Origin: Chrysemys picta bellii
Lineage: Eukaryota
Assembly: GCF_011386835.1 (NCBI RefSeq)
Contig: NC_088794.1
Coordinates: 144,212,001 to 144,276,000, forward strand
Direction of reading: 5' to 3'
Length of the DNA stretch: 64,000 bases
The notes beneath the pieces were generated by a model that did no database searches, was not told the origin of the DNA, and saw nothing but the letters and a program-made list of their open reading frames with translations. Below, one piece after another: positions 23,479-37,289 of the stretch (positions are counted from its first letter, which is position 1; each line of letters opens with the position of its first letter). Position numbers and translations under genes: made by a program.

Positions 23479-25450
23479 GTAGGGTTTTCTGCTTTCATTT
23501 CATCTATAAGCTTTACTTTTTTCTTTAGGATAAATAAAATATTACTGATCTTGTTGTTCCTGTGCCAGAAACAACTTTAATTGAGATGTCTCGTGCTGCA
23601 CACTATCAGCTCACTATTCTCATTGCAAAACAAGCTTGCCCTGCTAGAATATTTGTGGTGTATTCTCCTCCTCTCCATGGATTGGTTCGGTTGTTCTGGG
23701 GTCCTGTCTACCCTACAAAAATCACAATATTTTGTAATTTGGCTATGGCCAAACTATGTTGTAACATATTTTTGGCTTGCTACTGTGACTGGGGAAAAAA
23801 CCCTGTTTACAGTCGTATTAGAGAACCAGGTTTTAACCTTGGTAGATACCTAGATTAAAACCTGGTTCTCTAACAGAACTGATTTTTCGTCTCCTCACAA
23901 GCAAGAATCAACCATCATATAACATGCTTTAGCCACAGCTAGGTTTAAATACGGTGATTTGGGTGCGGGCAGAGTGACACCAGAGACTTCAGCTAGAGCA
24001 GAAGGTGGTTGCTGGCTTTCGTGAGTGAGGGTTCAGGGAGCACCCTATCCTTGTGCTCCTCCCAGATTGCCAGTTCTTTTCAGAGGCATTGGCCTTTGTC
24101 TTCCAGTCCCTAAGTGGTTTGTGTCCTTGCTTCCCTAGCCATCACTCCTCTTAAACATGTCAGGGTATGCAGGCTTCTTGGCAGTGTGTTATGGGCAAGG
24201 AGATCAAAGGCAGCTGAGGTGGAGTTCATGGTAGTCAGATGTGTCAGATTAGCCTTCCTCTGATGCAGCCACGCAGGGGCGCAGAGGAATGTAAGAACTG
24301 CCCATGTCTTCTGTGTTAGTGCTGCCTCAGTAGTGGCTCTGGGTGCAGGGGGAAGAGCAAGGACTCTGCTCCTGATACTCTCACCCACAAACTAATGGGT
24401 GGAGAAGGATGGAGAGTGAGCAGGGATGCTCCTCCCACCTGCCCTAGCACAGCTGGGAGCTCTTCCTTGGACAATATGGCTACAGTCTCTCCTTCCTTGG
24501 GACTGAGCCCAAAGGGATGTGAGACTAATTACTAGCCTTTTGTTGTGGGGAATTATTGAAAGAGCTTTATCTTTGGCAGGCATTTGATGGGATTTTCTTT
24601 TCTGTATCTACTGGGTTTCCTGATGGACCTTCTAAAGCCTTTAGGGCTGGATTCTGGCTCCCCCAGAAGCACGCCCTAGGGGTGGTATAGAGCTGCAGGA
24701 GGACTCCTTGCTAACTTAACCAGAATTCCTACTGGCATCAGCCAGGGAGTGCACACCCACTGCATGAGAAACTCCGTCACCCTTGCAAAGAGCGCGGCCT
24801 CGGTTCCCCTTCACACCAAGCTAGTGCTGCAAAACTAACTAACCAAAAATCCAGCCAAGGCGTTAATACAGTAGAAACCACTTATAATGAAACACCACCA
24901 ATGGCAAATCTAGCCAGGGAGTCTCCTTTTGCTTTGGTGCTCTACAGTGTGAAAACTGCCGTTTGGGTCAGAGTGAGATTGTTTGGTAGGAAAAAATGAC
25001 TCCTTTCTAAAAACAATGACTCCTTTTTAAGAGTTCCACTGTAATTAATTTGCTACTAGAGTTTAATTATAAATTTATCATCCCTAATATTTTATCTCTG
25101 CAATAAACAATTAGATCTGTTTCTTGGTTCATAACTTGATTTATGCCTTTGAAGTGCTCCGATCTTGCCTCAGTGTAGTGACTGGCATCTCCAGAAGCAA
25201 CATAAAGTAAAACTAACAGAAGGCTTGTTGCAGGAGATCTCCCACACGCAGAGAGCTGTCCCTCGGGGACTACTGGGTTTCATTCATTGCACCATCTCAC
25301 AGAGAGAGCTTTGTGCATAAATGATAACGGAATTTAGTAATTCCTTTTTGTTTAGAGTTAAGCCTCCCTTTAAGAATGAATTCTTTAATAATTACTGGTA
25401 TTAATGCTGCAATAATTATCGTGGTGGGTATTTATGCTTCCTGTTTTCAG

Positions 25451-25681
25451 TAGTCTTAACAGACCTGGTCACTGTCTCAGATGAGGAAGCAGTCACTGCT
25501 CTTCCCGAATCCTCAGAGACCCTCGCTGGAATGAGAATGCAGGTGGAGGAGCTGACCAGCAGAACTGCGACCCTAGCAACCCCAGCTTTGATGGCATCTT
25601 CTGTAAGGAGAACTGTTGTTCCATCTGTGAGGCGGATTAGCACAGCTGTCACCTACGGATTGGACCGGCTGGAGTCGGAAG
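25451..25681 (+). CDS. ARMH4: ARMH4 exon 4 (231 nt, phase 1-1)
   Basis: Acceptor cctgttttcAG|; donor GAAG|GTACAC; SSVRRTVVPSVRRISTAVTYGLDRLESE matches remembered human SSERRTVVPSITRVNTAASYGLDQLESE. Confidence 0.9.
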
Positions 25682-26206
25682 GTACACACGCTCTGAAGGC
25701 TAGCATGCAGGCTGGTTTGGTGTGAGATGGTGCGCCTGGGTTAGGATGTGGTACTTGATTTTTCTTCACTTTTGTAATTTTGCCTGGGAGACAGATCTAT
25801 GTACATTTCTTACAGGTGCAAATAAGGAGAAACAGGAAAATGTATCCCCCTTTCCCAGGGACACAATGGACAATTAACACTGTGCATTGTGCAACTGAGC
25901 ATAATTATTGATTTTTTTGATAGAACTGTATGCTGGAACAACTTGAAGTGCGGGGGAGGAGGAACATTCCACGACATCCCAGTACTACTTGTTATTGGTG
26001 ATGATAACCAATGGTGTAAAGGCTCATTTTGGTGCCTCTATCCCGCACAAGTAACACAATGACCATAATAATGTATTTAAAACTATATTCAAGCAATTTG
26101 AGCCCCCCCATATTGAAACCCAGTGTCTTCTGCAAAGAGATACTGTTAACGCTCCTGAACAGCATAAGGCAAAAGAGACAATCTTGAGCCCTGGGTGCCT
26201 CGCAGT

Positions 26207-26982
26207 CATAGAATCATTGAATATCAGGATTGGAAGGGAACTCAGGAGGACATCTAGTCCAACCCCCTGCTCAAAGCAGGACCAACCCCAACTAAATTAT
26301 CCCAGCCAGGGCTTTGTCAAGCCTGACCTTAAAAACCTCTAAGGAAGGAGATTCCACCACCTCTCTAGGTAACCCATTCCAGTGCTTCACCACCCTCCTG
26401 GTGAAAAAGTTTTTCCTAATATCCAGCCTAAACCTCCCCCACTACAGCGTGAAACCATTACTCCTTGTTCTGTCATCTGCCACCACTGAGAACAGTCTAG
26501 ATCCATCCTCTTTGGAACCCCCTTTCAGGTAGTTGAAAACAGCTATCAAATCCCCCCTCATTCTTCTCTTCTGCAGACTAAACAATTCCAGTTCCCTCAG
26601 CCTCTCCTCATGATTAGTGGGCTGGAGCACATGACTTATTTTTGTTGTCCTCCGCTGGACTCTTTCCAATTTTTCAACATCTTTCTTGTAGTGTGGGGCC
26701 CAAAACTGGACACAGTACTCCAGATGAGGCCTCACCATTGCCGAATAGGGGGGAATGATCACATCCCAAGATCTGCTGGCAATGCCCCTACTTATACAGC
26801 CCAAAATGCCGTTAGCCTTCTTGGCAACAAGGGCACACTGTTGACTCCTATCCAGCTTCTCGTCCACTGTAACCCCTAGGTTCTTTTCTGCAGAACTGCT
26901 GCCTAGCCATTCAGTCCCTAGTCTGTAGCAGTGCATGGGATTCTTCTGTCCTAAGTGCAGGACTCTGCACTTGTCCTTGTTG
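26207..26982 (-). mobile_element. CR1 LINE 3' fragment
   Basis: ORF 26442-26936(-) contains [26 protein letters not shown]; near-identical to the 4078-4895 copy. Confidence 0.92.
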
Positions 26983-27071
26983 TCCCAGTTCAGGGAGAGG
27001 GGGGTGTTTAAAAAGATCCATATTGGTGCAACGAGAAATTAGTTAAATCTTGAAGAGCCAGCGCTGCCCTT

Positions 27072-27199
27072 CAGTGCTTAATTTGTAACGAAAGGGGCTC
27101 AAGCAATGTTTTTACTTTCGTAACTGACGCGGCAAGCCCAGAGGTGCTGGGGCTATGAACTGCCAAGCCTCGAAGTGCCGGGGCTCAAATTAAGCACTG
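27072..27199. mobile_element. hAT MITE (128 bp)
   Basis: Perfect 14-bp TIRs CAGTGCTTAATTTG / CAAATTAAGCACTG; perfect 8-bp TSD CTGCCCTT at 27064-27071 and 27200-27207. Confidence 0.92.
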
Positions 27200-27229
27200 C
27201 TGCCCTTCCTCTGAGCCCACCCCTTATGA

Positions 27230-27700
27230 TCGCCTCCAGTATTGCTCACCCTCACCCCTTCCATGGCATCCATTCTACCAGCCACTCCCGCTCCTCTGCT
27301 GCTCTCCATCCTCCCTTTTCGATTCCTTGATCTCTGCCTTTCCTCTACCCTCACACCTTTGGCTGCCCTCTCCCACTGTTAGGACTGCCTCACCCAATCC
27401 CAGGCCTGTATCTCCCCTCCCCTTTGCTATCTCTTCTCCTGCTGTGCTGAGCTCTGCGGGATGAAACATTGTGACTGCGCCATCATTGTCCCTTCAGCTC
27501 TAATTAAGTCCCCGGACCGCTCCTGAAACCTCCCTCCCTGTCTCTCATTCTCGATCCAGGATCTTCCCTCATTACTTTAAAGACAGGACTGACACCATTC
27601 AGGAGGCAGGTACCATTCCCCTCTCCAGGCTGTTCTCCTTCACTCCAGTCTCCCACATCTCCCTCCTTTTGTCTGCTTCAGCACTTTTCCTTCCCATGTT
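27230..27700 (+). mobile_element. Ancient L2 LINE ORF2 remnant
   Basis: C/T-rich strand bias; frameshifted translation LLKPP...QDLP-HYFKDRTDTIQ resembles the L2 ORF2 motif LLKP...QDLADYF..KIDKIR (recognised from memory). Confidence 0.5.
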
Positions 27701-28469
27701 CTACGCTATCATGATCCATCCCTTCCCTGGACTTTCTCCCCAATCCCCAGCTTTCAAGCGTGTTTTTATTTTCCTTACTACCATCCCATATCCCATCTCC
27801 TGATTACCTCCAAGGGAATCTGGCCTGTTCTTTTGGCAATACAAGGTGTAGTGTGTGTGAGGGGGTGGGGGAGTGGAGCTTAGAAAAAACAACAGGAGTT
27901 TAGGGAAGGTTAAGGGGTGGAGTATTTAGGGGAAAGTGAGTGGGTTCAGAATAGGCAAGGTGTGGTTAGGGGATGAAGGTTCAAAGTGGACCTGGAATGA
28001 CTCATTTCCAGACTCTTTAAAAGTTGTGGGTCTCTTGAAGTTGTAGCATTTTTGTCCTGGGCGGGGGGTGTTTAACTGCACTCGGATCCTTCACTCTGCC
28101 TGCATAGGGATAAATGAGCCTGTTTTCTGCTGTGAGAAACCCTTTCTATTGGGCTTCCGCCTGTTCCCTTTAAACAACCCGAGACCTAGCTCAGTACCTC
28201 ATTCAGTTATAAGAACAAAGTTCCTGAAATGCATTCATACCAACTACTGATACGGTCAGTAGCTGCAAGCGGCTTCCTTAATGACTACATCAACCTACAA
28301 ACCTGAGGGTCTATTGGCTCCATCACGCAACTGTGTGGGATACCCAGTTTCTAAGCAACGAAGTCATCTCTCTCAGTGTGGTACATGGCTGTGGCTGAGT
28401 AGGCAGCTCTGGACCGGGTTATCAGACAGTTCACCACTGGTCAGCCAGGATTTTTGAGGTTAACCTCAT

Positions 28470-29270
28470 GGGCAGCGGGTGAAGCCCTTGGGGATGCTAG
28501 CCCCCTGCCTTGCTTCTTCTGGCCGAGGCCCCGCCCCTACTCACTGCTCTCAGCCCTCCCCATGTCCCCGGCCAGGGTGGGGGTGTGTGGGGAGGCTGAG
28601 ACCTCGGGCCCAGTGTCGAGCTCTCAGCCTTGGCTGGGACCGCGGAAGAAATCTCTGCCCTGGCTGGAGCTCTGAGCCTGGAGTCTCTCCCCCGATCCAC
28701 CCTTGGCCCCACCCATAGCCCCACCCTATTCTGCCCCTTTCCTGCTTCCCCACCCCGCCCATGGCCCTGTCCCCTTTCCGCCCCCATTCTGCCTTTTCCC
28801 CCTGTGGCCCCGTCCCCTGCTTGCTCCTCCCCCCCCACTGCAGCCATGAGACTGAAAAGTTCTGTGTCCCCGCCCCAGGGCTGTGGGGGGGAAAAATTGT
28901 CCAGGGTCCCCAAATCTGCCACTGCCCCCCGCCAGGCGGCACTAGGTTTGGGGAGGCTTAGCCTCCCCTAGCCTCCATTACACGCATGGACTAGCCTCCA
29001 TAGTCCAAGGGTCCCCCATCTCCTTGGGGTACTCGGCAGCCCACAGTCCTGGTAGCTCCTCAGGCTACTCAGCAGCCTACAGTCCCGGTAGCTCTTCAGG
29101 GTCTTCCTCTGGGAGCAGAGGGTGATGCCACTTGGTCCCTGGACCAGGGGCCAGGAGCAAGGCAGAGGCAGCCAACTCCTTCCCTGGCTCCAGCCCAACT
29201 GCGCTGGAGACCCTGCCTCTTATACTTCCTGTTCCATGCACAAGGAGTGGGCCCGGCCTGGCTCTTTCCA
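28470..29270. repeat. GC-rich probable non-autonomous DNA transposon sequence, including a 36-bp tandem duplication (about 29030-29100)
   Basis: C-run-rich low-complexity sequence; tactcggcagcccacagtcctggtagctcctcaggc followed by tactcagcagcctacagtcccggtagctcttcaggg. Confidence 0.45.
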
Positions 29271-29276
29271 CCAGGG

Positions 29277-29412
29277 CATAAGTGCTGGAACTAGGGGTGC
29301 TGGGGTACTGCTGCACCCCCTGGCTTGAAGTGGTTTCCATTATATACAGGGTTTGCAGGTTGGTTAAATGGCTCTCAGCAACCCCACTATAAAAATTGTT
29401 CCAGCACCTCTG
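29277..29412. mobile_element. hAT-type MITE (cagggrtgctggaac family), copy 3
   Basis: cataagtgctggaac / gttccagcacctctg; degenerate TSD CACCAGGG/CACTGGGG. Confidence 0.65.
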
Positions 29413-29648
29413 CACTGGGGGGGGGAGGCGGTGGGGGAGGGAGGCGGTGGGGGTGGGGGGCGGAGAGAGGTCCCTCCCTCTCTGGCTTGGAGGGAGGCCA
29501 CTCCATCTCACTACACAGGATCATAAAGAAGCAAAAGTGAGCGCAGACCTCTTCTATGCCCTTGTAGGTCACCTTCATAAAAAGTTTTCTCTAATTGATT
29601 CCCAGACTCTCTTTAACCATTACCTCCCGTCCCCAACACAACCTCTGA

Positions 29649-29912
29649 GGCTATGCCTACACCCCAAAGAAAAACCCACAGCTGGCCCATGCGAGCTGAC
29701 TCAGGCTTGTAGGGCTCGGGCTGCAGGGCTGTTTCATTGCTGTATAGGGTTCAGGCTGGAGCCCAGGCTTTGGGATCCTCCCGGACCCCAGGCTCCTAGA
29801 GCCCAGGCTCCAGCTCGAGCCTGGAAGTCTTCACAGCAATGAAACCGCTCCACAGCCCGAGTCGGCTGCCATGGGCAAGCCATGGGTGTCCAGTTGCTGT
29901 GTAGACGTACCT
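29649..29912. mobile_element. PIF/Harbinger MITE
   Basis: TIRs ggctatgcctacac / gtgtagacgtacct; TGA on both flanks. Confidence 0.75.
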
Positions 29913-32900
29913 TGAGACAAAAAACTCCCTGGAAACCACTTAGGGTCTGATTTTTTTCTGGCCTGTCAAGCATGCCCAACTCCAGCTGATGTCCTGGACA
30001 GCTGCAGCTGGTAACCGCTCCTGAAAATGAGGAAGGCACTACAGATAGAGAAAAACACTCTAGCTAAACACTGCCTTTCAACCACACTAACTAAACTCAA
30101 GGATTTGGAAGCCACACCCTTTTCTCTGCAAGAAAAGGAAAAGGACCCCCCAGCCATCCTCCAGTCAGTAGGCTGCCTCATGCAAGGTCATCTGGGGCGC
30201 CATCCTGCAACATGCTGAGCACTCTAGTTAGTTGACGTCAACGGGAGCTTTGCACTTTGCAGAACTGAGCGACAGAAGTAGAGGCTGGGTTTTGCCCCGT
30301 GCCCAGTGGAGGAGAGCAAACTACAGACAAGCAGCACGTTAATATCAAAAACAGTCAGTTCAAAAATAAACTGCATACGGATGGCGATGGGGGCGGGGGG
30401 TTGAAGTGCTATGAATCATAGCACAGCATGTCAGTGTCAGGGATGTTAATGGCTGTTTAAAAACTCAGCCCTGCTTTCAAGGCAACGAATGAATTTGTTG
30501 ACCTTTGGTGTGCCGTTGTCTCATTTCTCAGGACTCGGCTGGGCTGAAGGGGGAGTCAGTCGGGTTTTAATTGTAGACATTGGACCAACTTGTATTTTCG
30601 TAAATGTAGTGCAGGTGCCTAGTGCAATGGTTAAGTGGCACGTTAAATAATTCTGTGAAATGCCACAAGCGATGGGATGGCTGTGAGTTCACAAGCACAG
30701 GAGTCAGGAAATTTCCACCTATGAGATGTAATCCTGGCTCCCTTAGAGTCAGTGGCAAAATGCCCATTGACTTCCAAGGGGGCAGGATTTCACCCCCATT
30801 CTCACAGCAAGTAAGGCATAGGTAGTGTTTTGCGTTGCTGTGGGTCAGATCCTGCTTTGCTCGCTCACACCAGGAATCCCATTGATGTCACTAGGACTAG
30901 CCATGTTAAGAAAGGGAGTAGGATTTCATCTATTATATGGTATGGGCCTGAACTTGTGCTTATTGGAATTAATGAGAGTTTTGTCCCTAACTTCAGTAGG
31001 AGCAGGACTGGACCCTGTATATGCAACGTCACTGAGTTATGGCCAATATGAGAAGCATAATGTTGAATATCTTGATGTTTGTGCAAAATCAGAGCCCAGC
31101 AGTGAATTAATGGCTTCTGTTTAGTTTCCTTGCTCTGGAAAAAAAACACCAGTGTCAGATATGGGACTCTATACTATCGAGCACACAGCTGAACAACGTT
31201 TTTTTCTCAATTTTCTTTGTGCTGAGTGGGCTACAAACTCCACTACATTTTTGTCCTTGGGCAAGCTGAAACTTTCTTTTTTTGGAAGTCTTTTTACACT
31301 ATATTGGATTGAAAAGAATAAGGTATATTTAAAGTGACATTTCAGTAATACACATACAGATGGAACACACAGGCATATATCACAGTGGGCTGAGGACTTA
31401 TTAGCTTTCAAGAGTTTGAGTTAACAACCAAACCCAGTTAAAAAACCAGGATAGCAGGAGCCCCTGCCTCTCCCAGCATGATCCCCTACACCCACCCCCT
31501 GCAAGGAGCCTCAACCCCGGAGGGAAACCCCTACCATCCCATCCCAGGCTCCCCTCCCTGCTGGCTCGATGCTTCCTTGGGGGAAGGGACTTTAGGGTCT
31601 TCCCTTCTCTGCCCCACAGCCAGCCCTGCTCTCCCACCCCCGCCCTGGGCAGCGGGGGCAGCACAGGCTCCCCCTTCATCCACCACTGCAGTTTCTTACT
31701 GGGCCAGGCTGCTGGGGGCTCATTTTAGCACCGCCAGCCCTCAGATGCCGCTGCCAGCAGCTGGGACCAAGCTCTCCGCAGCCAGCGCCTTGCACTCTGG
31801 ACGAACAGCTTCCCGATCTCCCCCAAATAGAGCCCCTGGCCTGTGCCTCTCACCGGCTCCTTACCCTTCCCTGCTGGCTCGAGGCTTCCCACGGTGCCCA
31901 GATTCCAGCAGGAGGCCCTCACAGGCAGAACGGGACCTGGGTGCCAGCCATGCTCCCTCCAGAGTTCCGGTTGCCTCCGCCCCCAAACCTCCCTTTTCCC
32001 TGCTGGTTTGAGGCTTCCTGCTGGTCCCTAGTGCTGACAGGCACTACTATGGGTTCTGGCAGGTTGCGGGCCCAAGTGCCAGCTTGATCCCTGCCATGTG
32101 AGATGCGTGGTAGGTACCAGAGGAGAGGGAACATTGCAACTGAATGTGGATCGTTGCAGCGCACATACAGTTCAGATTTCACATGCTGTGGCCCTGGGTG
32201 CCTGCTCAATGCACTGTGCCTCAGAGCTGTAGCGCTGTATGCAGAGTGGCTCTACAGACAGAGGAGGCAGGCATTTCTCCCCCAACTCCTGCCCGTGCTC
32301 CCTGGAGCAGGGCAGCATACAGCCCAATGCCTATGGGCTATGCACTGCTGTGCAGGATTATAATGGAATGCACCTGTACATTGGTGCATGCTGTTCAGTT
32401 TCACTCATTCATGCCATCTCTGATCTGTCGTTGGTGTTTTTCAAGTCTAGCAATGAGGACTACACACATGCCGAGTTTGATGTTTTAAATCTAATCTGCT
32501 TTAGTTCTCCATGTGCAAGAACAAGTGCTTGAGATTTCTATTTAAACCCCCTCCCACCGCAGCCCTCCAAAACCACCCAAACCCCTTTTATTTTACACTC
32601 TGGTAATTCAACTGGCTGTCTTCTACAAATTTTTCCAAAAAATAATTTGTCTCTGAGTTGTGATTAGCATGAGAAATTTCTCCCCAAAAGGTCATTTAAT
32701 TTGAGAGAGAGGAGTGTATAAATTAATGAAAAGCAGAGGCTTGCAGTGAAATTGCTGAGCCCTGGCTATAATGGGCTAAAATCTGTTCCCTTACAGCCTT
32801 GCAATCTCATAAAACATTTAAATGAGGTTGCAGGGATGTAAATAGGAAGGGAATTTGGCCCAGTGTGGTTAACGAGCTCCACCCAGCTTTTTAGAAGTCA

Positions 32901-33327
32901 GAAAAAATTGGCAAGATCCAAATGATTTAAATCAAAACAGACAAATGGATTCATTATTAAAAGGCTGTAGATACAGATTTTTCATTGCTCCCTATTTATT
33001 AATTCTCCTTAGAAATGGGAACTGCAGTATTTTTGATACACAGTTGGCCTCTGCATCCTTTTCAGCTTTTATCAGCAATTGGCAATAGCGCCCAGATTTT
33101 TCTGCTCTCTTGCAATTGAAAATGAGACCATCTGTTTAACAAAATGTTGCATCAAAACAAAAGTTTGTGTTTTTTCCCAAACCAGTGTATTGGGGTTTTT
33201 TGTTTCTTTTTTCCTCCCATCATGAATGTGACTGAAGAGACTGAAGAGAACATCTCTACCAGGGGTAAACCCAGACATACCTCATTTTTCTTAGCAAGCT
33301 GTGCGGGTGTGAGGGGATGCCCGGCAT

Positions 33328-33950
33328 TCATAGAATCATAGAATATTAGGGTTGGAAGAGACCTCAAGAGGTCATCTAGTCCAACCCCCTGCTCAAAGCA
33401 GGACCAATACCAACTAAATCCTCCCAGCCAAGGCTTTGTCAAGCGGGCCTTAAAAACCTCTACGGATGGAGATTCCACCACCTCCCTACGTAACGCATTC
33501 CAGTGCTTCACCACCCTCCTAGTGAAATAGTGTTTCCTAATAGCCAACCTAGATCACCCCCATTGCAACTTGAGATCATTGCTTCTTGTTCTGTCATCTG
33601 CCACCACTGAGCTCCATCCTCTTTGGAACCCTCCCTTCAGATAGTTGAAGGCTGTTATCAAATCCCCCCTCACTCTTCTCTTCTGCAGACTAAATAACCC
33701 CAGTTCCCGCAGCCTCTCTTTGTAAGTCATGTGCCCCAGCCCCCTAATCATTTTCGTCCCCCTCCGCTGGACTCTCTCCAGTTTGTCCACATCTCTTCTG
33801 TAGTCGGGGGACCAAAACTGGACACAATACTCCAGGTGTGGCCTCACCAGTGCCGAGTAAAGGGGAATAATCACTTCCCTCAATCTGCTGGCAATGCTCC
33901 TACTAATACAGCCCAATAGGCCGTTGGCCTTCTTGGCAATGAGGGCACAC
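33328..33950 (-). mobile_element. CR1 LINE 3' fragment
   Basis: ORF 33554-33916(-) contains [20 protein letters not shown]; tail tcatagaatcatagaa. Confidence 0.92.
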
Positions 33951-33952
33951 AG

Positions 33953-36900
33953 TTAAGAACATAAGAATGGTCATACTGGGTCAGAGCAATCATCCATCTG
34001 GCCTGGTATCTTATCTTCTGATAGTGACCAATGCCAGGTACTTCAGAGGGAATGAACAGAACAGGGCAGTCATCGAGTGATCCATCCCCTGTCATCCACT
34101 CCCAGCTTCTACCAGTCAGAGGCTTAGGAACACACAGAGCATAGGGTTGCATCCTTGGCTGTCCTGGCTAACAACCATTGATGGACCTATCCTCTGTGAA
34201 CTTACCTAATTATTTTTTTAACCCAGTTATACTTTTGGTCTTCACAACATTCCCTGACAATGAGTTCCACAGGTTGACTGTGCGTTGTGTGAAGAAATAC
34301 TTCCTTTTGTTTGTTTTAAACCTGCTGCCTATTAATTTCATTGGGTGACCCCTGGTTCTTGTGTAATGTGAAGAAATAAATAACATTTCTCTATTCACTT
34401 CCTTTACACCATTCATGATTTTATAGACCTATATCATTTCCCCCCATAGTTGTCTCTTTTCCAAGCTGAAAAGTCCTAGTGTTTTAAATCTCTCATATGG
34501 AAGCTAGTCCATACCTTTAATCATTTTTACTGTTCTTTTCTGTACCTTTTCCAATTCCAATATATCTCTTTTGAGATGAGGCGACCAGAACTGCATGCAG
34601 TATTCAAGGTGTGGGCATACCATGGATTTATATAATGGCATTATGATATTTTCTGTCTTATTATCTATCCCTTTCCTAATGGTTCCTAACCTTCTGTTCG
34701 CTTTTTTGACTACCTCAGCACATTGAGCAGATGTTTTCACAGAACTATCCACAAGAACTTTCTTGAGTGGTAACAGCTAATTTAGACCCCATCATTTTGT
34801 ATGTATAATTGGGATTATGTTTTCCAATGTGCATTACTTTGCATTTATTATCATTGAATTTTATGTGCCATTTTGTTGCCCAGTCACCCGTTTTTGTGAG
34901 ATCCCTTTGTCATTCTTTGCAGTCGGCTTTGGACTTAACTATCTTGAATAATTTTGTATCTTCTGCAAAATTTGCCACCTCACTGTTTACCCCCTTTTCC
35001 AGATCATTTACGAATATGTTGGAAAGCACTGGTCCTAGTATAGATCCCTGGGGGCCACTACTTTTTGCCTCTCTCAATTCTGAAAACTGACCATTTATTC
35101 CTACCCTTTGTTTCCTGTCTTTTAATGAGGTACTGATCCATGGGAGTGCCTTCCCTCTTATCCCATGACTGCTTACTTTGCTTAAGAGCCTTTGGTGAGG
35201 GACCTTGTCAAAGGCTTTCTGAAAGTCAAAATACACTATAGCAGGGATCTCAAACTCAAATCACCACGAGGGCCACATGAGGACTAGTACATTGGCCTGA
35301 GGGCCGCATCACTGAAACCCTCCATGAGGCCCCACCCCCATTCCAACCCCTTCCCCAAAGTCCCTGCCTCAACTCGTCCCCCTCCTTGCCCCTATTCCAA
35401 CCCCTTCCCCAAATCCCCACCCTGGCCCTGGCCCCGCCTCTTTTCCACCTCCTCCCCGAACGCACCGCGTCCCCGCTCCTCCCCCCTCCCTCCTGGAAAG
35501 TCCTAAGCACTGCCAAACAGCTGTTTGGCGGCAGGAAAGCGCTGGGAGGTAGGCGGTGGAGCCAGGACATGGCACACTGCGGGGGGGGGGGGAGGAGGGG
35601 AGCTTGGTGGGCTGCAGGAAATAACCCTGCGGGCTGCGTGTTTGAGACCCCTGCACTATAGCCACTGGATCATCCAGGTCCACCATGTTTATTGACCCCC
35701 TTCAAAAATTTTAATAGATTCTAATAGGTGAGGCGTGATTTCCCTTTACAAAAGCCATGTTGACTCTTCCCCAACAAATCATGTTCATCTACGTGTCTGA
35801 TAATTCTGTTATTTATTATAGTTTCAACCAATTTGCCTGGTACTGAAGTTAGGCTTACCAGCCTGTAATTGCAAGGATCGCCTCTGGAGCCTTTTAAAAA
35901 AATTGGCATCACATTAGCTATCCTCCAGTCATCTGGTACGGAAGCTGATTTAAATGATAAGTTACAGACTACAGTTGGTAGTTCTGCAATTTCATATTTG
36001 AGTTCTTTCAGAACTCCTGGGTGAATACCAACTGGTCCTGGTGACTTATTACTGTTTAATTTATCCAATTCGTTCCAAAACCTCCTCTGTTGACACCTCA
36101 ATCTGGGATAGTTCCTCAGATTTGTCACCTAGAAAGAATGGCGCTGACATGGGAATCTCCCTCACATTCTCTGCAGGTGAAGACTGATGCAAAGAATTCA
36201 TTTAGTTTCTCCGCAATGGCCTTGTCTTCCTTGAGTGCTCCTTTAGCATCTCGATCATCCAGTGGTCCCACTGATTGTTCAGCAGGCTTCCTGTTTCTGG
36301 TGTACTTAAAAAATTTGTTGCTGTTAGTTTTTGAGTGTCTGGCTAGTTGCTCTTCAAATTCTTTTTTGGCCTTCCTAATTCTGCTTTTACACTTGACTTG
36401 CCAGAGTTTGTGCTCCTTTCAATTTTCCTCAATAGGATCTGACTTCCAATTTTAAAAGGATCTACTCTGTCATTCCTGGGTATTTTGTACCCTGGTATCA
36501 CCATGTCCCATTGATTATCATCATTCCACCAAGTTTCTGTGATGCCTATTATATCAATATCCTCATTTAATACCAGGCACTCCAGTTCACCCATCTTAGT
36601 GTTTAGACTTCTGGCATTTGTATATAAACACTTATGAAATTTGTCACTTTTTAGCTGTCTGCCATTATGTGATGTAATTGAATGGGACTCTTTTTCATTT
36701 GACTGTTTCTCTTCAGTTCCTATCTGTACTTTATCAATTTCTATCCTCTCCTCTTTACTAGGATATAGAGAATCCTTGTTTAATAGAGCCTCCCCTGTGG
36801 GATGTCTCTGTCCAAATCGTGTGCTCCTCCACCTGTTGGCTTTCCCCTTAGCCCTTAGTTTAAAAACTCTTCTACAACCTTTTTAATTTTACATGCCAGC

Positions 36901-37245
36901 AATCTGGTTCTGTTTTGGTTTGGTGGAGTCTATCCTTCCTATATAGGCTCTTCCTTTCCCAAAATGTTTCCCAGTTCCTTATAAACCTAACCCCCTTCTC
37001 CCTACACCATCATCTCAGCCACAAATTGAGACCCTGCAGTTCTACCTGTCTAACTGGCCCTGTGCATGGAACTGGAAGCATTTCAGCGAATGCTACCAAG
37101 GAGATCCTGGATTTCAGTCTCTTACCTAGCAGCCTAAAATTGGACCTCTCTCCTACTCTTCCCTATGTCACTGGTACCTACGTGTACCATGATCACTGGC
37201 TCCTCCCCAGCATTGCACATAAGCCTATCTAGATGTCTTGAGATC
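33953..37245 (-). mobile_element. Long decayed CR1 LINE (ORF1 3' part, endonuclease start, RT, 3' UTR) with internal deletions
   Basis: RT motifs YFDFQKAFDKVPH, QGSILGPVL and FAEDTKL (34910-35236 -); KLNSNKSPGPVGIHP (35721-36128 -); APE-endonuclease motif IIGITETWW (36343-36594 -); tail taagaacataagaa at 33953. Confidence 0.92.
35242..35653. mobile_element. hAT (Charlie-like) MITE nested in the CR1 RT region
   Basis: TIRs cagggatctcaaac / gtttgagacccctg; perfect 8-bp TSD CACTATAG at 35234-35241 and 35654-35661. Confidence 0.9.
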
Positions 37246-37289
37246 TGGAAAATGATTTAGCAATTAAAGATTGGACATTTCTAGGTGAA

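Noticed and set aside
31478-32011. 177-aa Pro/Ala-rich ORF
   Set aside because: GC-rich, probably repeat-derived; no domain and no splice context.
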